Origin: Stylophora pistillata
Lineage: Eukaryota
NCBI RefSeq assembly: GCF_002571385.2
Contig: NW_019217855.1
Coordinates: 843,830 to 907,829 of the forward strand
Direction of reading: 5' to 3'
DNA: 64,000 bases
Numbering within the stretch: the stretch's first letter is position 1; every line of letters starts with the position of its first letter. Positions 37,101 through 49,950 of this stretch are shown one piece after another. Under the pieces are notes generated by a model. It worked only from the letters and a program-made list of their open reading frames with translations, was not told where the DNA came from and made no database searches. A program made the position numbers and the translations under genes.

Positions 37101-40100
37101 GAGGAGTATGAAAAAAAACAAAAACAAATTTAAAATCGCTAGAACTTAAGCATAATTTTATGATTATTCCTGTATTTTTGAATGATTTTTTAGGTTTTAT
37201 ATGTTCTTGTTGATTAGAAGAGAAATAAAAATTGCATACATACTTAATTTATATCAATAAACTATGTCAAATAGATAACATTGCAGTGTCTTATTCACTT
37301 GTTCTTAATTAATGAACTACACTGATACATGTTTCCAGTTATTTTAAATTTTTGGGAAACGTTTTACCTGTTTCAAATATAATAATTTTATTTCATTGAA
37401 GTGGTCATGTTGGAATTGGCTTCATTTAATACAGCATCTAGATCTGGGTCGTTAGATTAAATACTTACATAGGAGTCATTAAGTCTACCAGATTATCCCA
37501 CCCGGGATGCCAGTTTATCCCACCTGGGATGCCAGTTTATCCTACCTGGGATAGCAGATTATCCCGCCTGGGATCCCGAGTGTAATAACTTGGATTAGGA
37601 AATTTCAAAATTGTGGGATTTTTAATTCCTGCCCACAATCCCACCTGGGATCCCAGGGGGGATCCCGTTCCAAAATCCCACCTGGGATTCCACCTGGGAT
37701 CCCACCTGGGATCCCAACAATCATTTTGCAAGGGCTCCCTTTTGTTATCACCTCAAACTTTTCTGACAGTGGAGATTCTTGTGCAGAGCCACCATTACCC
37801 AGTAACAGGACCCATTCCCCTCTCCCACCACCCCACCCTCCCCCCCCAAAGCTCGCTCTTTGGTTGCAAATTAGCTTGATATTTGTAATGTTATATTTGA
37901 ATCTTACGTTGTTTCAGGGGACTTGTAGCCTGCATTGCAGTATTTTTGTTGTTTGGGGACACTCAGATAAGAGATGGACCGTTCAAACGACCTCACCCAG
38001 GTATGCGATTGATGAAGTTGAAGGAGTTGTGACATATATTTTTGTTATTTTGGAGATGTATAAAAAAGGTAAAAAATGTAAAGAACCCTCGAAATAGTTG
38101 TTTTCTAGAAAGATGAACACATAAGATAAAAGTATAAACCACACATAAGTAAAGATGGTTATGATTGGATTAGATCAACACATTCACAAAGATTGCCAAC
38201 TACAGATTTGAAAAAGATAGGCTTAATTTTCAAGATGCGTATAACACCATGAAGTAGATTGGTTTATGGAGGTTTTTTTCTCCATAAACTATCCCCTACC
38301 TGATAAATTTTCTCCATCCTGTTGTGATGAGAAATTTTGCCGCCATACCTCTTTGAAGGTGATTTGGTATAACCTACTGTAATGGTGGAAAAAACTCAGG
38401 GGACAAACCTTAGGTTTGACCTCCAGTGTTGAATTACTACATTGTAAAAGAAAGATTAAATTAGTCTACAAATGAATAAAGGCTGACAGTTTCGAAAGAA
38501 ACTGTTTGGGGCTACGTCGGTGGGAGTAGTGAAATAATTTGGATATATCAACAAAGTTGAAATGGTAAATTGGCCACCGTAACGATTACAAAAGCTGACG
38601 TTTTGTGCGTTAGCCTTTCGTCGGAGCGAATAGTCTACAGATGTACTTACAACCCATTCAAGGTTAACGTAGCTTAACCTCAAGTTCTCTGTTTTGATTT
38701 TCAGCTTTGTGGCGTATCATTCTTTGCCTAAGTGTTGTTTATGAATTGGTTCTAATTTTTCTTTTATTCCAGGTATGTGTTTTTGATATTAAATGTTATT
38801 TGTCACTGTTAACACTTCTTCAACTGGTAAAGTAGGATAGACTTTTCTTTATTTTAACTACACACCCTGAAGATCATATACCTCAAATTTGTTTTGCAAT
38901 CATGAACATGATTTCCATTGTCATTCAAGCCTTCACTAGTCCCCTTGAGACATACCTTAGCTTGCATATTATCTTTTTCAGACAACTCATGATGCCAGGC
39001 AGTTGCTAAAGTATCTTGAGGAAGATTTAGGGAAACCATTGCCAGAGCAATCTTATGGAGAAGACTGTAGGTTATACACACCAGGACACCCCAAGGGATC
39101 ATTCCATACCTTTCTTGTAAGTGCAAGTCAATTTATCAACAGAGATTGTTGCATGTAGTTCAAGTTGTAGGTGCACATTCTTTTTGGTCAAAAAAACATT
39201 TTTTTTAGGTAAGAAATTCAGGATGTAGTGAAACTTAATTTTGATTAATGTGACTTCTTCTTTTTTTTTTTTTAAATAAGAAAAATGAACACTAGACGAC
39301 TATGTCTCCAGATAACATTGTTTTTCTTTAATGCCCAACAGGAGAAATGTGATGTCTTTATACCAGCTCATTTTTTCGGATGGTGGGCAAAGGTAAGATG
39401 AATTTGTTCCAGTAAAGTGTTGTTTCAAAGAAAAGCATAATGTAGTCTTAAGATTAGAGACATTTTTAGATGAGGGGTCTCTAACGTGTCATTGCTCGAT
39501 AGGAAAAGTATCTTAAGAACAAATAAATGCTTTGCTGGTTAAAAATTCAATTCTCTTTTATGAAGCTTGCCAAATGTGTATCCCTTGTGATTTTTTTTTC
39601 AATGACCAATTTTGTATTTCCAGGCACTCATCCTTCGTGACTACTGGCTATTGACTGTCACTAGTGTTCTTTTTGAAGTCTTGGAATATTCCTTAGAGCA
39701 TCAGTTACCAAACTTCAGTGAATGCTGGTGGGATCATGTAAGTCAAACTCTTCAAATGCCTAATTTTCTTCAACCTTCTTAATCCCTATGACTGTTTTTT
39801 TATAGTTTTTATACAAGTGAGGACAATAAGCAGGTGTGATATGGCTTATAAAACTATTGAAGTCTACAGATCACAATTAAAACAGGTCAGCTTGATGTAG
39901 CCACCATTATGTATCTGGGGGGCACACATTCAAATTTCAGCAAAAGCCAGACTTTTTAGGCTTCTTTTCTGCAATTGCTTTAACTGCATCTTAATTGCAA
40001 GCATTAACTATTTACTTGTGATCAGGTTTTGGGAGTTAAAGTATTCAAGGTTGTGGTTTTGACACCCTCACCCCCTTTAGCATTTGTTATTATCTTTTAT

Positions 40101-43100
40101 GGGATCACAAGGCTAAAAACAATTCAGTGCAGCTTGATCTTTGGTCGTGAGGCTTTCTAGCTTTGCCTGTCGTGGGTTTTTTTCTTTTAGGTTCATTCTT
40201 TAGGGTGGCTTCCCCTGGCATAACCCAACACCCAAGGTTGTAAAATGTCGCAAGAGTAATTAAAGGGTCTGTTTCCATACTTGTCACCCTAAGTTTTTCT
40301 TTTTTAAATGCCCCAAGAACAAATTATGATCTGACTGTTTTGTTTCAAGAAGCATTGATTGGTTGGTATATAGTGTGGAGTTTTGAGACATCGACACACT
40401 CCTATTCAGTTAGCATTCCAGTGTGTTAAGCAACTATGTGCTGTGAAATTTCTTTATTAAGACACTCATTGTATTTCATAGTGGATCATGGATGTTCTCA
40501 TTTGTAATGGTTTTGGGGCGTATCTTGGCATGAAGACTTGTGATTATCTTGGAAATAAGGTACATAGCAGCTGTCCTATTATTTATGCCCTGTCTTACTT
40601 AAGGTAACTGATAATGGGTTTTGGTACTTTTTTAACACCATTGCATGGAGAGGGTGATATTAAAACACTTTTTTGTTTGTTCTCTTGAAAATGGTACAAA
40701 TAAATGTCCAATTATTTCCATGTAATGTATGATTAATATTTTTGGATATCTTGGGTTACCTGGGCCACCTTAAAATACATCAGAAAAATTTAAGGTGGCT
40801 CTGAAATGTACTTATGGAAATAGGCCGCATGGGAAGGTTTAGTTTTGTTTTTAACTTTTTGGAGGCAAAGGTTATTTTTTAAAATAATTTTACAGCCATA
40901 TCACTGGAGAGGTTTATGGAACATTCCCACCTACAGGTAGGGTTTCGGTACGTTTTATAATAATTTATTACATTTAATATAACGCTTTAACAATTAAAAT
41001 ATTCTAAAGCGCTGTACAATATTGAAAGCGTTCTTAAGAAGAAATTATAAGTCCTCAACTGTACTTTAAAAAAGTGAAGTTCATATAGTATCTAAGGCTA
41101 GATGGCATAAATAATACTAGCAATAAGAATATAAAATTACAAATTAAAAGCTTTCTTTAAAAGATAAGTCTTCAACTGTACTTTAAAAGAGTCAATGTTC
41201 CTACAGTTTCTAAGACTAGATGGCAAGGCATTCCTTACTGTTGGTCAGACATTGAAAAAGGCTCGATCGCCAAGAGTCTTCCGTGTCACCCTAAGGATTA
41301 GCAGCAATGTTTCAGAATCAGACCGCAGGCTATATCTAGTTCTAGGCTTTACAACAAGTAGTTGAGATAAATATTGTGGTGCCAGGCCATTCAACGTTTT
41401 AAAAACTAAAAGCGTAATCTTAAATTCGACTCTAAATTTCACCGGTAACCAGGGAAGTTGCCTGAGTACCCGAGTAATATGAGCAGACTTTTAGGAATTA
41501 AGCATGTAACCCGAACTGCCGCATTAAGAACTTTTCTCTCACATTACTAGATATTTTAATCAACTTTTGAATGTTATCTTTGGCGTTCTCTGTGGGGCGA
41601 CACAATCGACTCGAGAAAACTGGGGAGCAATTGCAGAATACCCGACCACCTCATTTACCTGTGTCGGGGGGCTTTGAAGAACGAAGCATAACACAATAGA
41701 GGCTATTCTTATTCAATGACATGTAAATGAGGGGCCGGGTATTCTGCAATCTAGCCAAAACTCGAACCCATTTCAATAGGGCCTTGCGATATATCAAATC
41801 AAACTCTATTTCCCATGGACTTCAGGTAGAAATCCACCCGTAACTTGACCACTCCCTTCAGTAGGTCAACCATGCAGCAACCTTGCAGGACTCTTGCAAT
41901 GAAGGATGGTATCATCAAGACGTGTTTGTTGAGAATAGTGAATCGTAAATTTATATCAAACTCTTTTTCATTGGCTACATAGGAGTATGCCCATTCATTA
42001 CGCAGAACATGTGATTGACGTTAAAATTCACATAACCTTTATTGAATCTAACATGAAAGTGTTGTTGTTGTTTATTATTATTTTACAGAACATTACAAGC
42101 AAATTTACACAACCCGCATATAGCGTTAGCTAGTCTTGGCGGGTATTAGAAATACATAAGTAAATACTGCACATTGTAAGTTAAAGAAGTTTGATTATCA
42201 CAATAAACTAAAGAGATTTTACAATAAACTAAAGAGATTTCATTACTACAATATTATAGGGGTTATAAGCCATGCATTAGTTTACTACATTATAAGCTAA
42301 AAAATACGTACAGTTGTCATACAAATTAAATACAATAAAATTACTAGTGAGTTAAAACAAGACATAATAATGAAAATACAGGCAGAGCTGACTGGAAAGT
42401 GGAGAGGAGAGAATTNNNNNNNNNNNNNNNNNNNNNNNNNNNNNNNNNNNNNNNNNNNNNNNNNNNNNNNNNNNNNNNNNNNNNNNNNNNNNNNNNNNNN
42501 NNNNNNNNNNNNNNNNNNNNNNNNNNNNNNNNNNNNNNNNNNNNNNNNNNNNNNNNNNNNNNNNNNNNNNNNNNNNNNNNNNNNNNNNNNNNNNNNNNNN
42601 NNNNNNNNNNNNNNNNNNNNNNNNNNNNNNNNNNNNNNNNNNNNNNNNNNNNNNNNNNNNNNNNNNNNNNNNNNNNNNNNNNNNNNNNNNNNNNNNNNNN
42701 NNNNNNNNNNNNNNNNNNNNNNNNNNNNNNNNNNNNNNNNNNNNNNNNNNNNNNNNNNNNNNNNNNNNNNNNNNNNNNNNNNNNNNNNNNNNNNNNNNNN
42801 NNNNNNNNNNNNNNNNNNNNNNNNNNNNNNNNNNNNNNNNNNNNNNNNNNNNNNNNNNNNNNNNNNNNNNNNNNNNNNNNNNNNNNNNNNNNNNNNNNNN
42901 NNNNNNNNNAAATTCGATCTACAGGAGGTAACATCTTCGGATTTCTCTTGCGAAGACGTCACGTGTACGGCACGATTGTACCGGAAGTTGAGAATTATAG
43001 GGCAACCGGCTATATCAGTAGTCGAAGGAGACTACTATATCAGTTGCTTTATTTTGACTTCAGAATCAGGACTGCACCCTACCTTTCAGCCCGAAATCCT

Positions 43101-45039
43101 TTGAGGCTTTGAACAAAGTGAACTTTTTGGTCGTATTTAATTCGTAGCCTCGAATAATGTTTTTTGACTTTCTCAAAATCTTTACTTGACCATAATTTGC
43201 AGTAATGGTGGAATCGAAATTAACCGCCATTTTTTCGTCACCACGTCGAGGACAGTTCACTTAGTTCACGGTTGATTTTTAACGTTTCAACTTCCGGAAA
43301 ACTCGTGCCGCCCGAAAGTTTTGGTAACGCAATACCCGAAGCAGTGACCTCCTGTAGGTCGATCTTAATTTGACGCGACCTTGAATATTGGCCTTTTAGT
43401 TTGAACCAGTAGAAACATGTTTGAAGTGAAAAACTTATAGGAAGGATTTTGTCCGCTCGTCATTCTGAAGTGAAGATGAACACAAATTTGTGAGGAGTCT
43501 TCCTTCGCGAACGCTTTTTAGCTGAACAGTTTTTGACCACTCCTTTTTTTCTCTCATAGATTTTTTTTTGTCAGTGGCAAGTTCAAAAGAGTTGCTGCTC
43601 AATTCACTCCTTATTCGTGGACGTCTTATGACTGGAAAGCGACCACAAGTCTAACTAGATGGCTGGCAGTCTGTGGAATTGCTGCTATGGTATGTTAAAG
43701 ATCATGCTGTTCTTGTGCTCTCAGAGCGATTTTCGAATGAGGGTCGTAAAAACCAAAACCATAGTGATCGCGTCAGCCAGCCAATCATAGCAAGGAAGAC
43801 ATCACGAGGAACCAGTGAGAGCTCGAAGTAAAAACAAGCGCGGGAAAGCGCGAGTCACCGGGTAGCCTGCGAACAGGCTCCCGGCTTGGAGGAGCACAAC
43901 GGCGCGAAGCAGGGGAAGGGGAACTCCTCTTCATGTGTCCCCACGTCTGACGGGGAGCCTGTTCGCAGGCTAGTCACCGGGTGGCGATTGGTTATAGTTT
44001 AGAATCTGATTGTTTAAGAGTATAGCACGAAATTTTTGATCCAATCAGATAACGACGTAAAGCAAAGACAATGTAATTCCGGATTATTTTTGATACTTAT
44101 TGAAAATTGCTCTGTTCGTGTTTGCAATCAAATTCACTAACAGTTATCAATTCGTTTTTCAGTTCCTCCTGGCCGAGTTAAACCTGTTTTACATGAAGTT
44201 TATTTTGTGGATTCCTCCACCTCATTTCATCATGCAAGTTCGTATGGCGCTGTACCTTGGGATGGGAGCTGTGGCACTGAATGAAACATTTAGATACATG
44301 GACGACCCGTAAGTTATAAGTTTTATTGTTAAGGCTTCGGCTAGAGTGTGTCTTCGCCCGCGGAAAAGTTTAAGGCCCGTGAGCCGGCGAGAAGTCTGGA
44401 AGGGGCTGTCAAACGTCGATTACTAGTGCTAGAGCCCCGGCAAACTTGTCACCGACTCGTCTAAAATTTTACCGTAGGCGGAGAACATCTGTCTTGCAAC
44501 CCTGACAATGAGGACTTTTTCGTAAGCTACTAGGGAGGGAAAGTGATGTAAGTAAATTTTGTAACAAGCCCAGTGCGATCATTTAAGTTTCCTTCCGGTA
44601 ACTTGACTGGAGTTTTGTTTACATCCTGGCAGTTGGAGGTGGAACTGGCAGGCTTTACGGCCACGTAGATCAACACTTCTGGGAAGAATCAAAGACCTCT
44701 TGTTGAAAAATAGTTGTAAGAAGCTTTACGGTATAAATGAAATTTTTGCCGTTCCTCTCTTTTAATTACAGTACCTGCAAGCGGTTTGGACAACAGGCCT
44801 GGGTTGTCGCCGCCATTGTCTCAACAGAAGTGCTAATCTGCGTTAAATTCGGTTGGGAAACCATCAGCATACCCTTTCCTGCTCACGTGACAGCATTCTG
44901 GATTCTTTTCTTCGGCTCTTGGACTGCGTGGACGGTATGGCAATTTTGGCCTTCGATTATCGGCGGCTTCCGGGTCAATCACGATAAAGGAAGCGATAGT
45001 GCTATTAGTCATGCAGAGCACAGACCCAAACATGAATGA
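31111..45039 (+). CDS. PTDSS2: phosphatidylserine synthase 2, 12 exons, 458 aa
   Basis: Exons 31111-31286, 33617-33718, 37918-38000, 38705-38772, 38982-39116, 39342-39392, 39624-39737, 40482-40559, 40896-40936, 43575-43689, 44163-44308, 44772-45039. All are GT-AG and phase-consistent (1377 nt). Motifs: [88 protein letters not shown]. Confidence 0.96.
34060..34271. repeat. 70-bp minisatellite (3 copies, with a 4th at ~37735-37795 beyond the inserted transposon)
   Basis: GCAGAGCCAC recurs at 34111, 34181, 34251 and 37783. Confidence 0.85.
34272..37734. mobile_element. 3.46-kb non-autonomous DNA transposon, CMC/EnSpm-like, in PTDSS2 intron 2
   Basis: Termini are CCCATGTAAAA...GTTGGGATCCC on the left and GGGATCCCAAC...TTTTGCAAGGG on the right. 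Both have arrays of subterminal GGTGGGATCCC/GGGATCCCACC repeats in opposite orientation. There is no intact transposase ORF. Confidence 0.72.
38480..38630 (-). repeat. Penelope-like terminal repeat remnant with a degenerate hammerhead-like core
   Basis: The minus strand reads CTCCGACGAAAGGCTAACGCACAAAACGTCAGC. A related copy is at ~53111-53250 (+), CTCTGACGAGGGGCTAATGCTCTAAACATCAGC. Confidence 0.45.
40965..41535 (-). mobile_element. LINE (L2-like) 3' fragment in PTDSS2 intron 9
   Basis: [31 protein letters not shown]...RYSLRS...TLGDRAF is typical of L2-clade ORF2 ends. An AT-rich tail lies near 40965. Confidence 0.85.
42914..43362. mobile_element. MITE
   Basis: TIRs TCGATCTACAGGAGGT...ACCTCCTGTAGGTCGA with matching subterminal CTTCGG/CCGAAG. 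Confidence 0.7.
43723..44113. mobile_element. dispersed MITE family (AGAGCGATTTTC...GAAAATTGCTCT); related copies at ~46175-46435 and ~47780-48046
   Basis: Terminal inverted repeat plus internal CCAATCA/TGATTGG motifs shared by the three copies. Confidence 0.65.
43863..43972. mobile_element. 110-bp MITE with 9-bp TSD (Academ-like TAG..CTA ends), nested in another MITE
   Basis: Perfect TIR TAGCCTGCGAACAGGCTCC/GGAGCCTGTTCGCAGGCTA. TSD GTCACCGGG at 43854-43862 and 43973-43981. Confidence 0.88.
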
Positions 45040-48000
45040 ATTTTGATATAATTTTTAAGAATGATTCAATAATGATTAAGATTTTCAAGCTGAAAGAAAT
45101 GAATGAAATTCTCTTTCGATTTTTGTTCTGATTAGTACCAAAACAATTTCGTCAATTTCTTACAATCGTTGTAACTTTACTTGTGAAGTGTTGGGAATGA
45201 TTTTCAAACGGTTGGGTTCAAGTTTGTCAGTATCGTCATCACCAAAATCATGTCCCTTTAAGATCTACGGTTTTCACCTCGGTCAAGTTTCTTTTTGTTT
45301 TGTCAGGAGAAAAATGATTTTAATATTGTGTGGAAGAACAACACAAGTATTGCTGTGGCTTCGTATTAAATCTAAACGATCCCAAAGAGAAAATGTTCTA
45401 GTTTGCCGTATTTAATTAATGGCTAATGGTTTGTTAATGAATAATATATTACGGTGTGAAAATACCAAAATGGCTCTTAAAAACCAAGGAAGAACAAGGC
45501 TTGGCGAAAGGGTTTGTGTATTGCGTATTTGAAAACAATTTGGGAGAAGAGTGAGGTGATATTTATGTTCCGTAGCAAAGGGCCAAACTTAAATTATATT
45601 TCAAAGTCTGTTACCTGAAAACAAGAAGAGGAAATTCTAGTTTCTTATTATCAAGACAGGGGCCCGTCAATATTTTTACATCTCCTATGAAATATGAACT
45701 TTTAAATAAATAAAAATAAATTCATTACTATCAAGAACCTTAGTAAATGTAGTTGTAATGCGTGGTTAGTGCAAAATCAAAAAAATTATATTAGATTAGA
45801 AAAATTAAGCGCAAGGCATTGGCATTTTTTCGCGAGTCTCTGCTGAGCATTTTAATCCGGGTTTTTATCAATGAGTTGTCAAATATTGCACCATTTTCAT
45901 GAAGAAACGAGATGCCCGTTTCAGTAAAACGTACGATCGTGTTTAGCGATTGTCAATTTCGGCTTTTGGTTGAAGTGTCTGGAGACCCTTACCTGATGTA
46001 GACATGAACACTAGATATTAAAGGTAAGTTTATGGTGGAGAAGTATGTTGATAAATTAATATCTAGGAATAAACAAGGGTGTAGTGTTGATCAAGTAGTA
46101 CACGCACTAATAAACTGAAAATAACGGATTGTTGGTTTTTTTTCTTTCTTTTTTTTTAAGTTTGTTTAGTGCATTAGAACAATTCTCTAGTGAGTGTCCG
46201 AAGTAAACCGGGATTGCATTGGCTTTATCTCACGTCGCGCTTTGATTGGTCCCCTTTAGCTCCCGCCATCCTCTCGACCAATCAGATACAAAATTAAACT
46301 AACCAATTCCGTGACTTGGTTACGCGCGTTTGCCAACTTTGATTTAAGTTTTTGTTCTCATTGGCTTCTGGTGTCTTCATTTCTGAATGACCTTTTTAAT
46401 TACTTTGGTTTGCGAAACGTAATCGAATTGTGCTCAAATATAGTAGTATTGCGCGCGTTTTCGACTCGACTTACGGCTCGCAAAACCAAACCTAATCATG
46501 CGGTGTACATTCGCATAAAGTGTTTCCTGTCTGTTACATTTTTCAACAAATGAAACGAACGGCTCAGCTCCTGCTTTTCTTCTCAGTCCATCACAAGAAC
46601 AAGACGGGACCTGCCAACAAACTAACCAACTGGGTCAATAACAAAACTGAAGCATTTATATTCAAATAAATAATCTTTTCATACCTTGGTGATAAAGTTA
46701 CCACCGTGTATGCAGAGAGAAATCAATATTTAAAATAAGCTACAATATTAATCGGCATCGCACGCCTAGATCAAACACTACTTCGCGTTCTAAATTCTAA
46801 AATTACGGTTAAATGGATGTTACTTAGTCCGATTCTTACAAGATAAAACATGACAAGATGCCATAGCTGCTGCAAGACAACAATAATCTTCCATTCAATA
46901 AGCAACCCCGATTCAGATAGGTCTTGAGTTAAGAGATCTACAAAAATGAAAAAATAACGAGAAATCCTTTCGAATTGTCATCTGGTCAGTTAGAGCAATT
47001 TGCAAAAGAGTGTCGAGTGTAGTTCCAATGGGTACTAGCGAACTCCATATGCATATAGATTATAATAATAATTCAACATCTTTAACGTTCTTGAGCAAAT
47101 CCTAAGGATGACCTCATGTCGATTGACTTTACAATCAAAAGATTTCTTTAAAAAACAACTCAAAGCGAGCCTAAGGAACTGTAATTAGCAGAAAAATTGT
47201 AAATAAGCATTTTACAGCGTCAATCGCGAGTCAGAATTACACCAGACCTCAATTCATTTTGACTTCCACCGATACGAGACAAATTTTGTAACACACTCCC
47301 CTCCTCTTGCCTGTTTCGAGAATTTTGCTAATGACAAGAAGGCATAGAACCAATACTTACGTTTTAAGAAGGGAAGTAACTAATTTATTTCAAAAAGTAC
47401 TGGCCAATGGAAAAAAAAATAGGCAATAAGCCGTTTTGTCTTCGCAGTAAACTTAAACCAAATCCAAAAGTGAGGAAGTCAATTTGACCAAACCAAAGAA
47501 ATTAAAAAGTTGATATAAATTGAGTAAATTATCTAAGAGTGAAAGGGCGTTATCAGATGCGATTAATAACTCAAATTCCAAAACATATTACAATACATAC
47601 TATTAAAAATGAATTAATTTTTCAAATCACCAACTTAACTGTAACACACGACCTGTTGGTTCCTGGCAACTTCACACATCAGTTAATACCACACGTGTCC
47701 TTTTGGTTGGTATATAAAAATGTTATAGTAGCGTTTATAGAAGCTACTGTACCTCACAATTTGGAGGGTCGCTTCGGAGAAATCTTCAATTGAGTGCCGA
47801 AAGTAATTCGAGACTGCTTTGGTTTTGCTTTTCTCCGCTCTGTGATTGGTCCAAGAAATTCGCGCCACTCTCTCAACTAATCAGATGCAAAACTAAAAAC
47901 CAATCGCGACTTGGGCGCCTACGTTTTCCCGCGCTTTACTCGATTGTTTTCACTTTAGTTCTAATTAGCTCTTGACGGTTTTTTCCTGTCTTCTGATTGG

Positions 48001-49174
48001 CCGCCGTGATCGTTTTGATTTGACGACACTCGATCGAAAAGCTCTCCAGTAGCGAGTAAGATTATTTCCATCACAAAATGTCTTAGATTCACATTTTTCT
48101 GAGACGGAAAAACACCACAGAGATGCAAGAAAGCAAGAAAAAGAAACAGCATGTCATGAATAAAAAAGGTAAGCAAGAAATCGCAACATGACGAAGTCAC
48201 AAACAAATTGGACGAGAGTCGGCGAAAACGGCTGGCAACCAGTGTTGTAAAGGCAAGGCGGATTCACCTAATGAAATTTTCGAGTAAACGAAATGTATCG
48301 ATTGCTTGACAGACAGATTTACGGGTAAAATTATTGTCCAGGTTGGAACATACTCAGCAACAAGTCATGGCGACAAGACGTGCAAACAGTTCCCAGGGGT
48401 ACCGCATCTCCCTAGCCCCCCTCCTTTCACAACCCCACCCACTCCTTACTCTTCCACAAACAAAAACACACTAACAAACAAAGGGCAAAACATGAAATGC
48501 TATGCAAAAGGTTAACCGTGGCATTGTAACCTACTTGAGTTGTATAGAGGTAGTTAAAATGTGTTTGAAAGTTTCTGCACACGGCATTTTAAGGCTATGA
48601 GGGAGGAAAGATAAAAAAATGACGACTCCCTTTCAGCGGGCTTGTGATCAGCTCCCTCACCCGTCTCTCTTATAAGCCACCCTCCCTCCCCCCTCCTCCT
48701 TCTTGGGAAGCCCTGTACGTAAAATAAGTCCAAGAGAGTTATTTCAATCAGTTTTTGTGTTAGCTGACTTGGTAAAACATGGAATAGTTTGGTAAAAACC
48801 TTCGTACACGTGACAAAATTTTCCCCCGAAACACGCACTGTAAGAACACACTTATTTGATATCCTGCGTATGATCGCAGCAAGAATATCACCCTTATCGG
48901 CTTGCTTTGGGAGCAATAGACGCGGAGACCTAACGCACTGATTTGCTACCTTGCATATCCCGACCTTCACCTACGGCAAATTTTCCTGTACAGTTACAGC
49001 AATTGATGACAGTTGAAGGAAGAACCACTCTCACCGACTCTCGACCCCGTTTGATCTTGGTTTTACATAAGTTTCACAGTGAATACCGCTCTACACAGTC
49101 CACAAAAAGGTTAGAAAAAGGTCGAAGGGAGAAAAAGCAGAGGTTACTCAAAGCAGGTTAAAGGTCACAGCGTG

Positions 49175-49919
49175 CTATTTATCCTTTTCTTTCTTCATAG
49201 GTTTTATTCTGAAGTAGCTGATGTTAAGGTAGTCACAGATGTCCGTACCAAGAGCAAAGTTGTACCGCAGCTGTTCAAACAACACATGACCCTGGAATAG
49301 ACGGGTAAGACGCAGTCAATAGAGAAGGTACAGCGGTATCCCCAAATGGGCCATTTTACAATTGTGTACTTAGTTCCCAAGCCTTTGATTTGAAGTGAGG
49401 CTGAAGGTGACCTTGTTGTTAAAGAGACCAGTATTTGAAAAGCAGCAACGTTCCTGTTCTCACTCCTATACAAAGGCTTGGCAACAACTCAGTTTGTCGT
49501 AGCTCCCAACTAGCACAGATTCAAATCCCATCGAGACCTGAATTTTTTTTCAAGCAACAGCTGAAAAATTGCCGCTCATTTGCGAGGATCATGGCGTTAT
49601 TTGGCTTTGGTTGTGCTTGGAAATGAACGCAGAATCTGTTTCAGGGTTGCCACTCATTAGAACCCAAAAAATTCCGACTTTTCCCTGACCTCAAAACATT
49701 CTTCACTGACCTTGAATTAAATTAATTATCAAACAGGCCAAATCCACTTTTACATTTCTCCATCGCTTTTAAGCTTTCTATCCGATTTGCTACACTCGAT
49801 CGACTACTTCACAAACCTTTGTGGAACCCTCAAAACAAAATTCCCTGACTTTTCACTGACTTTGACGAGAACTAAGATTTTCCCCGACTTTTCCCTGACC
49901 TTGAAAAGTTTTTGTTTTT

Positions 49920-49950
<31 letters not shown>

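Noticed and set aside
48554-48970. 138-aa minus-strand ORF downstream of CEPT1
   Set aside because: It lies just past the CEPT1 stop (likely 3' UTR), has a non-ATG start and shows no recognisable motif.
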